The translations under genes were made by a program, and so were the position numbers. From positions 967,550 to 1,031,549 of the forward strand of contig MU006094.1 of NCBI GenBank assembly GCA_010093705.1: a stretch of 64,000 nt of DNA. The letters run 5' to 3'. The notes under the pieces were generated by a model. It searched no databases, was not told the DNA's origin, and saw only the letters and a program-made list of their open reading frames with translations. Every line of letters starts with the position of its first letter. Positions within the stretch are counted from its first letter, which is position 1. Shown here one piece after another: positions 52,232 to 64,000 of the stretch. This stretch comes from Patellaria atrata CBS 101060 (taxonomy: Eukaryota).

Positions 52232-54481
52232 TCAGAATCTGGAGCTCTTGCCGCTATTGTCATCTTCAAGGACAATGCTGAACTCCTCGTAACGGTTGAT
52301 GCCCATCCAACCCCAACCACCTTGCTTGGTCCTGACTAACTTAATGCGCTTCCAGAAATGAACCCTCTCACTGTCTTGCTCGAACAAGTTCTTCATGTTG
52401 GTGGCACTCCTGAGGTAGTGAGGTGAGAACGCGGTAGCGGCGATGCCGATGATACTAAGCCTGGCGTGGACCTCCGCAACTCCTTGAGTCTTATCCCAGC
52501 AAACAACGAACGCGTAGATACCCAGAGCGAGGGCGAGAAGTGCGTATGCTAGTGCGCTTCCACATAAGATGTAGTAAGGGATCTTCATGATATATAAGAT
52601 CGTGATGACATCCAAGGGTTGTGTGATCGGGATTGGTTTCGCAACACCTGCTACTGATGCAATCGCCATCATGCTGAATCTAGTCGCGAGAGATTGAGCG
52701 AAGAGTTCGACGGGCGGATCTTTGCGGGAAATTCGATCTAGTCCTTTGACGTTATTGGCGTGGAGATCCTGCAAGACGTTGTTCATCAATACGGATTTGA
52801 ATAAATTCTCACGACCGGAGCCTTCGCCGTCGAACATCGGTTTCAACAAGATATCCCGCACACTTTGATCAACGAGCGTCTGCTCAACGGCTTGATATTT
52901 GAGCCTGGGCTCATACGAGGGGAAGTACTCATATGTGACGTTGTAGACGAATGACCAGCACGCAAAGACCAAGATCAACGAGTTCTCTCCTGTCTCACCA
53001 TCACGATGAGCGAGGGAGCTGTTATAAGCCAGGTTGAAGGGTGCGAACTGCTGCGTAATATTCATCGGGGGTTTTGTGTGGATGAAGAATCCCCATCTAC
53101 GAAGGCTACTGATCTTATCTGCCTCATTGTTGAAATCCGTGAGCAAGTCGATCTCCGACGTGGTATTTTCGCGAATACGTGGGACAACGCAGCTGCCTTG
53201 ATGATTGCTCTTCGCACTCTCCCAGCACTTTCGAGAAACGGATAGGCATGAAGAGCTGATTCCGATAGCCTGTGACATGAACGACAAGTGTTCCTTGTCC
53301 AAAGCGGGGTCTGTAAGAATTGCAACTGGAGACAAACCATGACCGGCGCCCAGCATTGTGATTCGATTTTCGGAAGACTTATTCATCGACGTCATCCAAG
53401 ATTCATTTTGCGGGCTGGAAAGATCAGGACGAGTACCACAGTGCGGTTCATTAAGGTTTGTAGAATTGTAAATGGTCGAAACATTGGAAGTATAGCAGCT
53501 GTCGATGATATCCCGGCCGAACAGATGGACACGTTCGGGAGATGGCTTCTGCGCGTATCCAGATTTCGCAGTAGCGAAGATAGCAAGAGCCGAGCCAATA
53601 ATCATGATTCTATGATGAAGCAAAATTAGCAAGCTTGAACAGATAATCTTTTGGCCGCATCGTCATAGAGAATGCTTCTCAAGGAGGCAGCATTTCCGTT
53701 TTCACATTTGAGAATCATATGTCTTACATAATAATTATGTTGGAAATATCACTCGGCAGGATTCCTTTCGTGAGAAGCAGGATCACCGAGTGAAAGATTG
53801 ACAAATCATTCATTTTCTCTTTGCTTATTGTTGTTAGAAGAGACTGTTGAGGATAACGTACATGATGACCGCCAGGAGAAAATTAAGATAAACCGCATGA
53901 CGTATATACCGCTTGTGGCGTGCAAGACGGCCGAAGGGACGGGCGCCCGGTACCAGAGTCTGTTTGAATGCATCGAAAATCTTGAAATAGTCTCCGTAAG
54001 ATAGTTCAAGGAGAACAGCGATGTCGTAGGCTGTCGGGAGGGTGAGGCGGCCGTGTTTACGGTTTGTGAGGGTATCCGTGTCATCAAGCAATGCTTTCGC
54101 ACTCACGTAACGAAAGAGGTACCGCATAACCTGCAAGAAAATAACAGCAAAAACCGACAACAAGGCCGGTAGGACAAGGATAGTCGAAGCTTGCTCAGAG
54201 ATCGCCCAGAAGTCATTTCGACGCCATTTAGTATCCTTGGAAAGCTTGACGTCGATGTTTTTCAACGTAATGAGCGTTACGAGCGGAACGGTCAAGCCAA
54301 CCATGACGAGAACAACGATGCTGGCACGGATAAGATAGTCAAGCCATGGGCGACTTAGCTGATTGGGGGGGAGTGAGCTGCTCGTAGATTCGAAGACTGG
54401 GTTGATCAATCTGTTAGACTTCTTTACGGGTGGCAGATCATGCCCGAAGAAGACGCCATTTTCGAGCTGTTCTCCAGTCAT
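52232..54481 (-). CDS. hypothetical membrane protein with several TM segments and a Cys-containing, N-glycosylation-rich loop
   Basis: ORFs 53834-54481 and 52232-53632 join in frame through an intron at 53610-53861 (GTACGT...GCTAAT...TAG). Hydrophobic segments near both ends. Confidence 0.7.
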
Positions 54482-55419
54482 GATGCTTGACGTTCAGTGT
54501 AGAATGAGAGCTGTAGATAAAGATTGACTAAATTCGCTGCTCACACCGCGGTGCGAGGCAGAGAGAGAAAGAGAAAGAAAATGATGTTGAAGAGCGAAGG
54601 TTTGATGTCAACAACGCGACGCGACTTAAATCAAAGGAGAAGACGCCAAGACACGAAGGCCCGTTTGTAATGACATAAAATCTTGGTAGAGTAAAGGGTA
54701 CCAAGGGTTTCAGTAACATACGTTTGTATAAGAGTAGTTGTGAATATGTTAATATGAAGTAGCACGTGAAGGGTAAGTCGGAACATTTGAAAACATTTCC
54801 TTATTTCCCCGGACGAGCATGGTTACTTAGTAAAGAGAAGAGTAGTTTACTGAGCTAGATATTCATGCTTGACTATTGATAGATGTAGCGATATCAGCTA
54901 TTCCCTAGAAGGCTACCAAGTGTATAAACCCCTCTGATACTATCTACGGACGACAGTATTAATGATCAGCAGTGAGATACGCACTGATAGCTGCATACTC
55001 GGAGATTTCAAGATGACCAAAAAGGAAATACGACGTTGAGAAAGAAGAACTCCAGATTCAATCATTCTAAAGGAAACGCATATAGTACCACGGGACTATT
55101 GTAATAGATGGAGCACTCCCCATAAAACTACACTCTGAGATTTCGTTATGAAGTACAGTTAGTGTTGTTATGCTTGGAAACTCATTGACAGTAATGCTAC
55201 CTGTACTTAATTCAGTACAGGTGTATTATATTCAGTTCGAATTCTCACATACGGGAAGTATGAGCAGAATGGCCACATTCATCAACAACATACTCGGAAT
55301 TTTGAACCACCTTTTTCGAACATACCAGGTATGGATGGACTGATAACTTCTGTATCTATCCTTTTCGCGTATATCCCAGTACCCAAGTGTTAATTTACTC
55401 AAGACTCTTGATCCAGTAG

Positions 55420-56055
55420 CTACAACCTAGCTGCTCTGCCCAATTTGATCCAGATCGTGTCAACGGTAGCTAGCTCTTCGCTTTTTGCGTCTTTCATCAC
55501 ACCCCTTATTTTCATGCTCTTTCCATTATTCTCGATGACCCGTGTATGTACACCGACAACATTAGGACACAACACTGGCCGCAAAAATCGAATATCCAAA
55601 TTTGCAGTGACGTAGAACCCCTTAAGCTTCTGCATCATCGTTACAGAATCCATAGTCTCCAGCAAGGAAGCATCGGACGCCGGATTCCAGTCATTCCACG
55701 GGCTATCTCGCTGTCTCTCATTCGCAACCATAGCAAAACCGACGCTTTCATCGAGCATCGTTGCCAGCGCCCCGCCATGGGTTATACCGGAAAACCCCAT
55801 GAGCCCTTCTGCAAAGGAAAAGAGTGATACAGTCTCTTCGATGGAAGAGGATGGTGATGAGGGAACTTTGTACAGTTCGGCTTGATAGAGAAGCCCATTA
55901 GGCCCATGGACCCGGTCGCGGACGAAACTATCGATTGGATACGCTGGGTCCATTCGGAAACGTTCTGCTACGACCCATTCTGGAGAATTGAGCAGGGGTA
56001 GCGCCCATGGGAGGGCCGAGAAGATCGAGTGGAAATCGGGATGCGGTTTGGACAT
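55420..56055 (-). CDS. hotdog-fold thioesterase (PaaI/4HBT-like)
   Basis: GITHGGALATMLDE and VTANLDIRFLRPV. Confidence 0.88.
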   Translation of the reverse strand: MSKPHPDFHSIFSALPWALPLLNSPEWVVAERFRMDPAYPIDSFVRDRVHGPNGLLYQAELYKVPSSPSSSIEETVSLFSFAEGLMGFSGITHGGALATMLDESVGFAMVANERQRDSPWNDWNPASDASLLETMDSVTMMQKLKGFYVTANLDIRFLRPVLCPNVVGVHTRVIENNGKSMKIRGVMKDAKSEELATVDTIWIKLGRAARL

Positions 56056-56255
56056 TTCGGTTTCGCGTTAATCGGAGATGAGGAAGCTGCAGAGAGTGAG
56101 AGTGGAAGTCAAGCCCATTTTGATGGAGTGGGTAGAGTAGCCCTGGACGGAAAGCCTGAAGCTACTCAGTGATACGTCCATACGAACATACGGTTGTAGA
56201 TGCTGGCACAGGGGAATGAGGTCGTATAATCCACCTTACTAAGCTGCCCGTCTTA

Positions 56256-58084
56256 ACGTGCTTTACCAGTCAGTGGGACACACCACTCAGTGGGACACCC
56301 CACCAAGATCAACCAGCGTTTTCATACAATTACTCCACTACAACAAAATATATTCAAATAAAATTATACTTAGGAGCTACTTGAGACACTAGTACATTGA
56401 CGCCTTGTGTGGCCTTGGATATGGCAGTTAGAGCACGTTGGTGCTGCTCGCTGTCGCGTCTGACCAGCCCAGTTCTGGTNNNNNNNNNNNNNNNNNNNNN
56501 NNNNNNNNNNNNNNNNNNNNNNNNNNNNNNNNNNNNNNNNNNNNNNNNNNNNNNNNNNNNNNNNNNNNNNNNNNNNNNNNNNNNNNNNNNNNNNNNNNNN
56601 NNNNNNNNNNNNNNNNNNNNNNNNNNNNNNNNNNNNNNNNNNNNNNNNNNNNNNNNNNNNNNNNNNNNNNNNNNNNNNNNNNNNNNNNNNNNNNNNNNNN
56701 NNNNNNNNNNNNNNNNNNNNNNNNNNNNNNNNNNNNNNNNNNNNNNNNNNNNNNNNNNNNNNNNNNNNNNNNNNNNNNNNNNNNNNNNNNNNNNNNNNNN
56801 NNNNNNNNNNNNNNNNNNNNNNNNNNNNNNNNNNNNNNNNNNNNNNNNNNNNNNNNNNNNNNNNNNNNNNNNNNNNNNNNNNNNNNNNNNNNNNNNNNNN
56901 NNNNNNNNNNNNNNNNNNNNNNNNNNNNNNNNNNNNNNNNNNNNNNNNNNNNNNNNNNNNNNNNNNNNNNNNNNNNNNNNNNNNNNNNNNNNNNNNNNNN
57001 NNNNNNNNNNNNNNNNNNNNNNNNNNNNNNNNNNNNNNNNNNNNNNNNNNNNNNNNNNNNNNNNTGACGTATGCGACGGCATGCAGAGGGTAATAATCTT
57101 ATTTTCCATACAGTATTGGTCAAATTCAGGCGTTGCGTGGCTACCATGACCGTCAAGTATAAGTAGACGGTAGATCCCCTTTGTATAAGACTTTGTACAG
57201 TTGTCAAAGTGCTTAATCCATTCGAATCCTAACTTATTTGTTGTCCAGCCATTATCGCTAACAGCGAGCATCCAGTCACCGGGTAGATCCTGATACCAGC
57301 TTGACTGGTGGAGCTTTCCTGGAAGGATAACGAAGGGCGGGATTGCCCACCCGGTGGCATTAATACATTCAATCACCGTTGACCATTCGCGATTGCCTGG
57401 TTGTATGAGAATTGCTCGGCCTATAGTATCAGAGCTTGTAACGACTTTTGATGTCGCAGATACACCCATCATAAATCCAGTCTCGTCAAAGTTGTAGCTA
57501 TCTTCGTCTAGGATGCCATACTTCTGGCGCGTCTCGTTTACACGCCCATACCACTCGCGAAATATGTCTCGATCTTCGCATTTCGCGCGTTGAGAATGGA
57601 ACTTCCTATTCCATTTTGTCTGTAGGTCTGGCTGGTTGTTGATAAAGCGGCATACCCAGTTCTTACCAACGGGTGTGGGAGGAGGATTCTGGCCGCGTGC
57701 CGCGAGTAAATGGTCTGCCATTCGTCGTACGTCGATGATATGGGGCGGAAATCCGCGTCGGTCGAGATCTAGGACCCATTCTACGAGCGCCTACTACTCA
57801 GATAGCTGTAGCTTTCGTTTTTGCGAATTAGACACGCTCTGAGGTGTTATGCCATGTACGCGACGATGGAGAGTAGACTTTGGAACATCGTACAATCCGG
57901 CGGCCTTCCGGACACTTGAAATTCTGTTTTCTTGAAGCGACTTAGTAGCAATAAGTAATCTACCTTCTTGCCGGAGCTTCTGAAGGTTCTGTGTTAGTGG
58001 CATTGTTGATTTTGTTGAAGACGTGGGGTGGTTTTGGTGGGATGTCCCACTGACTGGTGTGTCCCACTGACTGGTAAAGCACGT
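56256..58084 (-). mobile_element. Fot1/pogo-like DNA transposon (Tc1/mariner superfamily)
   Basis: TIRs of about 49 bp (acgtgctttaccagtcagtgggacacacca...) with 2 mismatches and internal direct repeats. TA target duplication at 56254-56255 and 58085-58086. N gap at 56480-57064. Confidence 0.95.
56370..58003 (-). pseudogene. Fot1-like DDE transposase interrupted by tandem TAG TAG
   Basis: HTH-psq (SVRKAAGLYDVPKSTLHRR), CENP-B-type region, YNFDETGF, LLILDGHGSH and C-terminal CCHC knuckle CSNCHIQGHTRRQC. Stops at 57791-57796. The centre is hidden by Ns. Confidence 0.85.
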
Positions 58085-59547
58085 TACCCGGGCCAACCTC
58101 ACCTCCTCTTTTAGGATGCAACATCTCCTTGATACTGTAGCTGTGCGTTCAATCATTATATTTCAATATACACGGTGTGATGATACTGGGAATACATAGA
58201 CAAAATTGATGCAATCATGCAAAGGACTATGAGATCAAACTAACATCCTCGCCAAGCATCATCCCCACGTTGAAGCGAAAGGTGTTACCCCTTTTGCCTT
58301 TTGTAGGTAATATAGGTTCACCACCTCATCCGCATCTCCTATTGTCTAATAATCCTTCTAGACGTATTGTACTCACTATCCAAACCTCTCCACTGATCTC
58401 CCGAGTGGCGAGGGCGATAGATTGGAATCTTCTTTGTCACTAGTCGATTTCCTACCAGTAGTGTTATGGTCTACAGTTAGCTGCCAGTTCACATCTGTAG
58501 TTTCGTTTTTTATGACACCTGTAAAGACCATTATATTTCTGTCTTTTGGTCTCTTGAATATTTTTTTTCCCCTAGAACCGTAATAGCAATCTGATTCGCA
58601 TTGTCCAAAACGTCCATGACTCCGTTGATATCTAAACATAAAGTTGTCGAAAGTATATACAGCTTGTCCTAAAGCGGATCACCTAAGCATCATCTCGTTC
58701 TTATCATGGTGGCGACACTTCCGCCATATGTAACAAACTCGACTGTCCCAAAACCCGCAGTTGCACAGAGGCTCAAGTTGTGATTCAGAGTATCCCTTGT
58801 CACCCGACTTAACTTAACCAAACAATAATTTCAGGCTTACCGTTGTCAATCTCACGGCGGTCTTATTGCAATGGTTTATGTATTCAGTCCTTTCCCTCCT
58901 CTACATTTTCCAGAGATTGGTTTCATAATCGTTAGTGGTGGAGAAGTTCCAAAAGAAAGTTTCAGTACTTTCAAAAGCAGACCTTATTTCCTAGTCACCA
59001 TCGGGTGGTTTTAATATTTCGAGATCTTCAATTGTAGGGAACTTAGTCATTAAACTGTTAAAAGTTACCTCTACTGTGTGGCTCGCTCGAGTTCTACAAG
59101 CTCATCGACACCTTACTCCAAAAGTATACACTCGCAAGGTGGATTATGAAAGAGAATTCGAACTTTATGACATTACAGGGAATGCTAGCTGACCATATCT
59201 AGGCTATTGTCATGTGAGAATGGCTTGGGTCGATTTATGCTTCACTGGTTAGAGGTGATCGCCACTGTTTCGTCCACCTGCCTATGTGGGATGGTTTTAG
59301 AAATTGCTCGAATTGAAGGCGGAGGGCAGATATGTATGCATAGTTCGTATCACCTTGGAAATAGACCAGAATGTGAGTTAAAGGATTCCCATTATGAACA
59401 GTTGTTGATACCTTGGGATAGTAATACGCAATGGACATTTTATTCAGCTCAAATCTCACAATACGATCATCACATGGTCACCGAATCCAACATCCTTTTC
59501 AGTAAATTTTCATCATGAGATCCAGTCCAAGGTAGTGAGATACGTCC

Positions 59548-60324
59548 CTAGAGCAAATTCTTCCCGTCAAAATACTGATACTTCAGCTTATCCATTTCGA
59601 TATCCTTAAACATCCGCGCCTACCACTAGTCAGCTCACAACCTCCCACCATCAGCCCACCCAAACTCTCGTACACCCAAACAAAGGGAAAGAAACCACAA
59701 CTCACATTCAACCCCAAACAATCATTCCCCTCCCACCTTCCCCTCGGATCAAACCCAATAGAACTAGCACACCTTCCACAACTCAAATGGCGAAAAACCC
59801 CATTCCCAAACCGATACTCCCTCAACCCCAACTCCTCAAACCCAACCCTCCTCTTCCCCTCACCTTTCTCCCCCTCCCCATTACCCCTTTCCCTCTCCTC
59901 CCGCGCCCTCTTCGCCTTCCCTTCCGGACTCTCCCTCATCCAATCGAAGTCTGGCTTCACCTCCTCCTCCCCCTCACCAAGCGTGTCCTTAAGCACCACG
60001 CTTTCGGGAGAGGGGAGGTGGAAGAGAACGTCGGCTCGACGGGGGTAGACGAGCATGTAGCCGGATTTGGTGCAGAAGGAGCAGGTGCACACGTTCACGC
60101 GGTAAGTCGAGAGGGAGGGGTAGAGGGTTACGGTGTAGGCGATGTTGCCGCAGTGACAGGAGGCTGGGTAGGTTCCGGAGTCGGAGGCTGCGAGGAGGGT
60201 TAGGTGAGATGGTGTTGAGGGAGGGTTTGGAGTGGTTGTGGTGTGTGACTAGATGGGGGTTGAAGTTTGGTTTGGTGAGTATGGGGATTGCAGTGTAAGG
60301 GGGTTACTTACTGTTTTCCGTCAT
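59548..60324 (-). CDS. GFA/CENP-V (Mss4-like) zinc-binding protein
   Basis: MTEN|TSDSGTYPASCHCG, CTCSFCTKSGY, HLSCGRCAS and LGLN|ARMFKD. Two introns. Confidence 0.85.
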
Positions 60325-61686
60325 ATCTGGACTGCTTCGAGATTTTGAAGTTTTTTTTTATTATTGCCTTCAATGGTTCCAGTTTTTAATAGATCTGTGC
60401 CGTAGTGAGGCGTCTGGCTTAGACACTTCCGAGCTCTTTAACTAGACCCGTCAAATACTAAACAGCTTCTCCAACTAAAGAATTGAACCTAGCAGAATTC
60501 CTCAAAGGGATACGTTGGAATTTATATGACAGCTCTAGGGAAAGTCAGAAGTTGCACAACATATGACGCAAAGCGAACGAATCAGTCTCGCCGTTCGAAA
60601 CGCATTCAACTACAAAAATTGCTATTGGGACAGATGTGTAAAAAGAGTTGGCATCTTATCTTTATATCTGTCCACTCCCCAACCGTTGAAATGGGAATAT
60701 CACAAAGCGGCACGGGAGATAGCGGAGAGCTGCATAATGAGGAATGAGGTAAGGTATGTTATCAAGCTGTCTACCTGGGATAGGCGAGTCTAGACCTCGA
60801 AATCCGAAATACGATATCCATTAAAGCTACGAGTTTAAGGAGATAGAGGTATATCGTACGTGGTAAGAAAGTAGTGTACTGCACCAAACAATGAGGAAGC
60901 ATAGTATCATGAGTTCAGCTTAAGCAGTTTGTGGGGTAACTCTAGTTCTATTACAAGTCGCGTAGATCTCATATCTATAGCTATTTTAGATGGCAAAATA
61001 GATCCTTGGCTTAATATCCCCCCCTTTGTTCTTTGGCCCCTAGGTTGTAAAAATCTTACGATCTAAACTTCAATAACCACATCTCGTCTTCTTCTGGACA
61101 GTATGTAAGCGTGCCATGAGACCCACAACCTCAGGAATCAGTGCGGGTCAATTTTACACGCTCTTAATTCTCGGAACAGTTTCGAGGGCCGGCGACGAAG
61201 TGAAAAAGTGCTTCGTGCTGGCGTGACAATTAAGTTCCTGATATAGCTCCCGTTTGAGCGAATATTTTGCAGTATAGTTCGCTGACAATAGCGGAACCCC
61301 GGGTTCAGTGTAGGACGAGCGGCGTGTTGCCTTCGCGTTGGGCAAAGGGGAAGAAAATTAGTCCAATTCAAATGTAAAAAAAAGGCAAATGAAGAGGTAC
61401 GAGGAGGGAACTCACCAAATAACATGGAAGTAGGAGCCATGAGGAAATTGAAGATTGAGTCTTCTGAAGTAATTTGACGAGATTTTACAGATCCTTATAT
61501 ACCTGCTAAAGACTTTGCTCCCATGGAACACCCGGATGATGAAGAAAGAAAGCGACAGATAACTCCAAGTATCCCATGAGAAAGAAAATTTGCAAAAGAA
61601 TTACATGCCTCCTGTCGCGGTGCAAAGCCGCGAACATACGCAGATTACGTACTTACAACCAAATCCAAATGTGCAACCCAAGTTGC

Positions 61687-63144
61687 TTAATGAACAAGCC
61701 ACCAAGCGCCACCACAAATAGCCGCGAGAGCAAAGGCAGTCAAAATACCGGCTCCAGCTTTGTCGCCGGTCGTGATCTCATTAAACTTCAATGGAGTTGT
61801 CTCACTCTGACTTCCGGCATTATTATCGCCTCTAGACCTACCGCCGGTTCTGTTCGTAAGGGGTCCAGAAACCTTATCAATCAGGTTCGCTTGGATAACT
61901 TCGAGAGCACTCATTTGCTCGCCGACACCCACGCTTCCGTCGAATGCGGCGGCGTTTGTCCAGCGAAGACCGCATTGTTTACCGTCGTCTCCACCGGAGC
62001 ATTGAAGCGCAGCATTGGTAGCAGATGCTTGAAGTTTGGGCATGATGTAATCTCTAGTCCAAGGGGCAACCTTAGTCGTAGCGGCCATCCAGCGCGCAAG
62101 ATAGGCTTTGAAAGAACGTTGATCGACGTCGCATTTGCCGTTGGGTTCGCAGGCTACCTCGAACATAACGTTCGTATTATCCTTGAAGAAAACAGATGTT
62201 CCCTCAAGGATTCCCTGCGTCCGCTGGCGCCAGACGTCTGACTCGGTCTGATATTATTAGTAAGGCCCCAGCTTGATTCTCTGTGATAACTTACAATATT
62301 CCACATGGTTGCGGCTCCTAGCAAGTACACACCGGCATTGTAGCTCCATTGGATGTGATTGACTCTTGTGCAATTGATTAAATCATCGGATCCGTCGAAG
62401 AAATGCCACCGCTCGTTCATCAAACCAACATTCTGAGTCCACTCGAATGCCCTCGTGGCCCATTCCGCATAAGTCTGGTTACCGGTGTATTTGGCTAAAC
62501 GAGCGGCCATGTTAAAGAAGCAACCATTAGAAATGGTGTTCTTATAGTTATAACCATTATTGAAAGTGAAGATTTGCCATTTCAGCCCACCACCGCAAGT
62601 GCTATTATCCCAACGAGGAATCTGTGTGTGAACAACAGCTTGAGCTAAAGCGAGCCAATCTGGTTGATCGTCCGGAGGTGAAGGGAAGTTGACTTCAGCA
62701 GCTTGTAGAGCTGCTAGACCCCAGAATGCTTGATCGTCGTTACCCAAAGTTCGTGACTGATTTGGTGGCATATAATCATTATTAGGCCCAACTTGGAACA
62801 ACATAGCTTGTTTAGTGATCTCGTTATAGGTCTCGTCTCCTGTGTAATACCAGTAATCCACCAACGACCCGAACATAGCGCCTGCTTCCCACCAGTAGTA
62901 TGGATCCGGGAGATTGCCTGGTACGTCGCCGGTATTGTTTCCAGTGTAGTATTTGACCATGCCATATGCTACCTCGCTCGCTGCTTTCTTGATGGAGTCT
63001 GGACGTAACAAAGGACATTAGAATTGTCTCACCCGGTGTAGAGTTTACTGGGAGGTGCTTACCATCAGACCCTAAGTCTAAGTCGATTCCCTTTACTGCG
63101 GACATGCCCAGCAGGGCCGCCGAGGCTAAACTGCGCAATTTCAT
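61687..63144 (-). CDS. GH76 alpha-1,6-mannanase, Dfg5/Dcw1-like, predicted GPI-anchored
   Basis: Signal peptide [23 protein letters not shown], catalytic [23 protein letters not shown] and a hydrophobic C-terminus. Introns at about 63000-63062 and 62248-62294. Confidence 0.93.
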
Positions 63145-64000
63145 GTTCTGACTGTGAAGGTTTGTTTTGTCTCCTTTGAAGAACAAGAATGGAGGTTCCG
63201 CAAGGTTTGGTCAAAGGATATGATCAACGCACAGCGCTGAAAGAATACCGGGTAGTGATTCGAGCGGAGCAATGGCACAACTTGGAGGTTAGGAAGACTA
63301 TTCGAAGATAATACAAATACGCACACTTCAACACAAAACGAAGCGAGGGAAATGAAGGCGCGGGCGGCAAAAGCGACGGTGAGGCTAAACGGAAACCTGG
63401 GAAGCGACCGAAGAGCGACTGTGTCTTTGCGAGTGCAAAAGAAACCCACGATCGCTAAGTTATTAAAGACGTATTCATGTGTCGTAGAAGGATGTTGAAA
63501 GAGTGTAAAAGCAGTGGTATGCTTTGAGTGGAAATGTAAACCTGCTTTCGATCAGGGGCCGGGCCTGGGGTGTGATTATGGATGAACACTATGGGTCTAG
63601 TTTCTTGGCTCCGAGGCTCTGCGCAATGACTACTATAAACAGAAGCACAACTCCCGTCAGTAGCAATAACTGTCACAGCGATGACAGGATACAACTAAGG
63701 GAAGGTATTTCAAGGCGTGTTAAACAGTGTGGACGAAGTGTTCGATATTTTGAGAGAACGATCAGTTGCATTTGAGATTCTAGTTCTAGAGTTGACCACT
63801 TTTTTTTCTTTCTGAAGCGCCAGTTGTTTGGAAAGTGCATCAGCTGGGCAACCAAAACAGATCTCTTGGAAGTCGAAGAAACTCTGCGAAAGGGAAATGT
63901 CACGGGAATTGATTTTCGTTCCACCTACTTGCGTTGATACACCGTTCATTAATTCAAAGAGTCTTTCTGAGGTTCTCGTATCTCAAACCAGGAGGCACAT

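Noticed and set aside
56354..57207. Long ORFs spanning the N run
   Set aside because: Artefacts of translating Ns. The true transposase C-terminus (CCHC) is in a different frame from the listed ORF.

Overview
Genomic DNA from a filamentous ascomycete (Pezizomycotina), judged by short GT-AG introns with CTRAC/CTRAT branch points and fungal-type proteins. The window holds about 17 intact protein genes: ATG22, an NmrA-like reductase, an orphan, UBC13, MTC5/SEA3, a SAM methyltransferase, TYW3, a DUF2461 protein, a Zn2Cys6 transcription factor, ADE4, a sugar porter, an AIF/AMID-like oxidoreductase, a PIP5K-like kinase, a membrane protein, a hotdog thioesterase, a GFA/CENP-V protein and a GH76 DFG5/DCW1. 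It also holds two pseudogenes (a protein kinase and the RIP methyltransferase rid/Masc1), a full-length Fot1/pogo DNA transposon with an assembly gap, and an snR58-like C/D snoRNA upstream of ADE4. Main observations: (1) rid carries three in-frame stops and at least two frameshifts while the Fot1 element is barely mutated, which suggests loss of RIP. (2) The DUF2461 gene has three expanded introns whose ends carry nested complementary blocks, predicting long rod-like RNA folds. (3) The snoRNA appears to sit in an ADE4 leader intron. (4) An 8.8 kb gene-free region rich in TACWGTA precedes the transcription factor. All exon structures, pairings and family calls were made by eye; no searches or folding programs were run.
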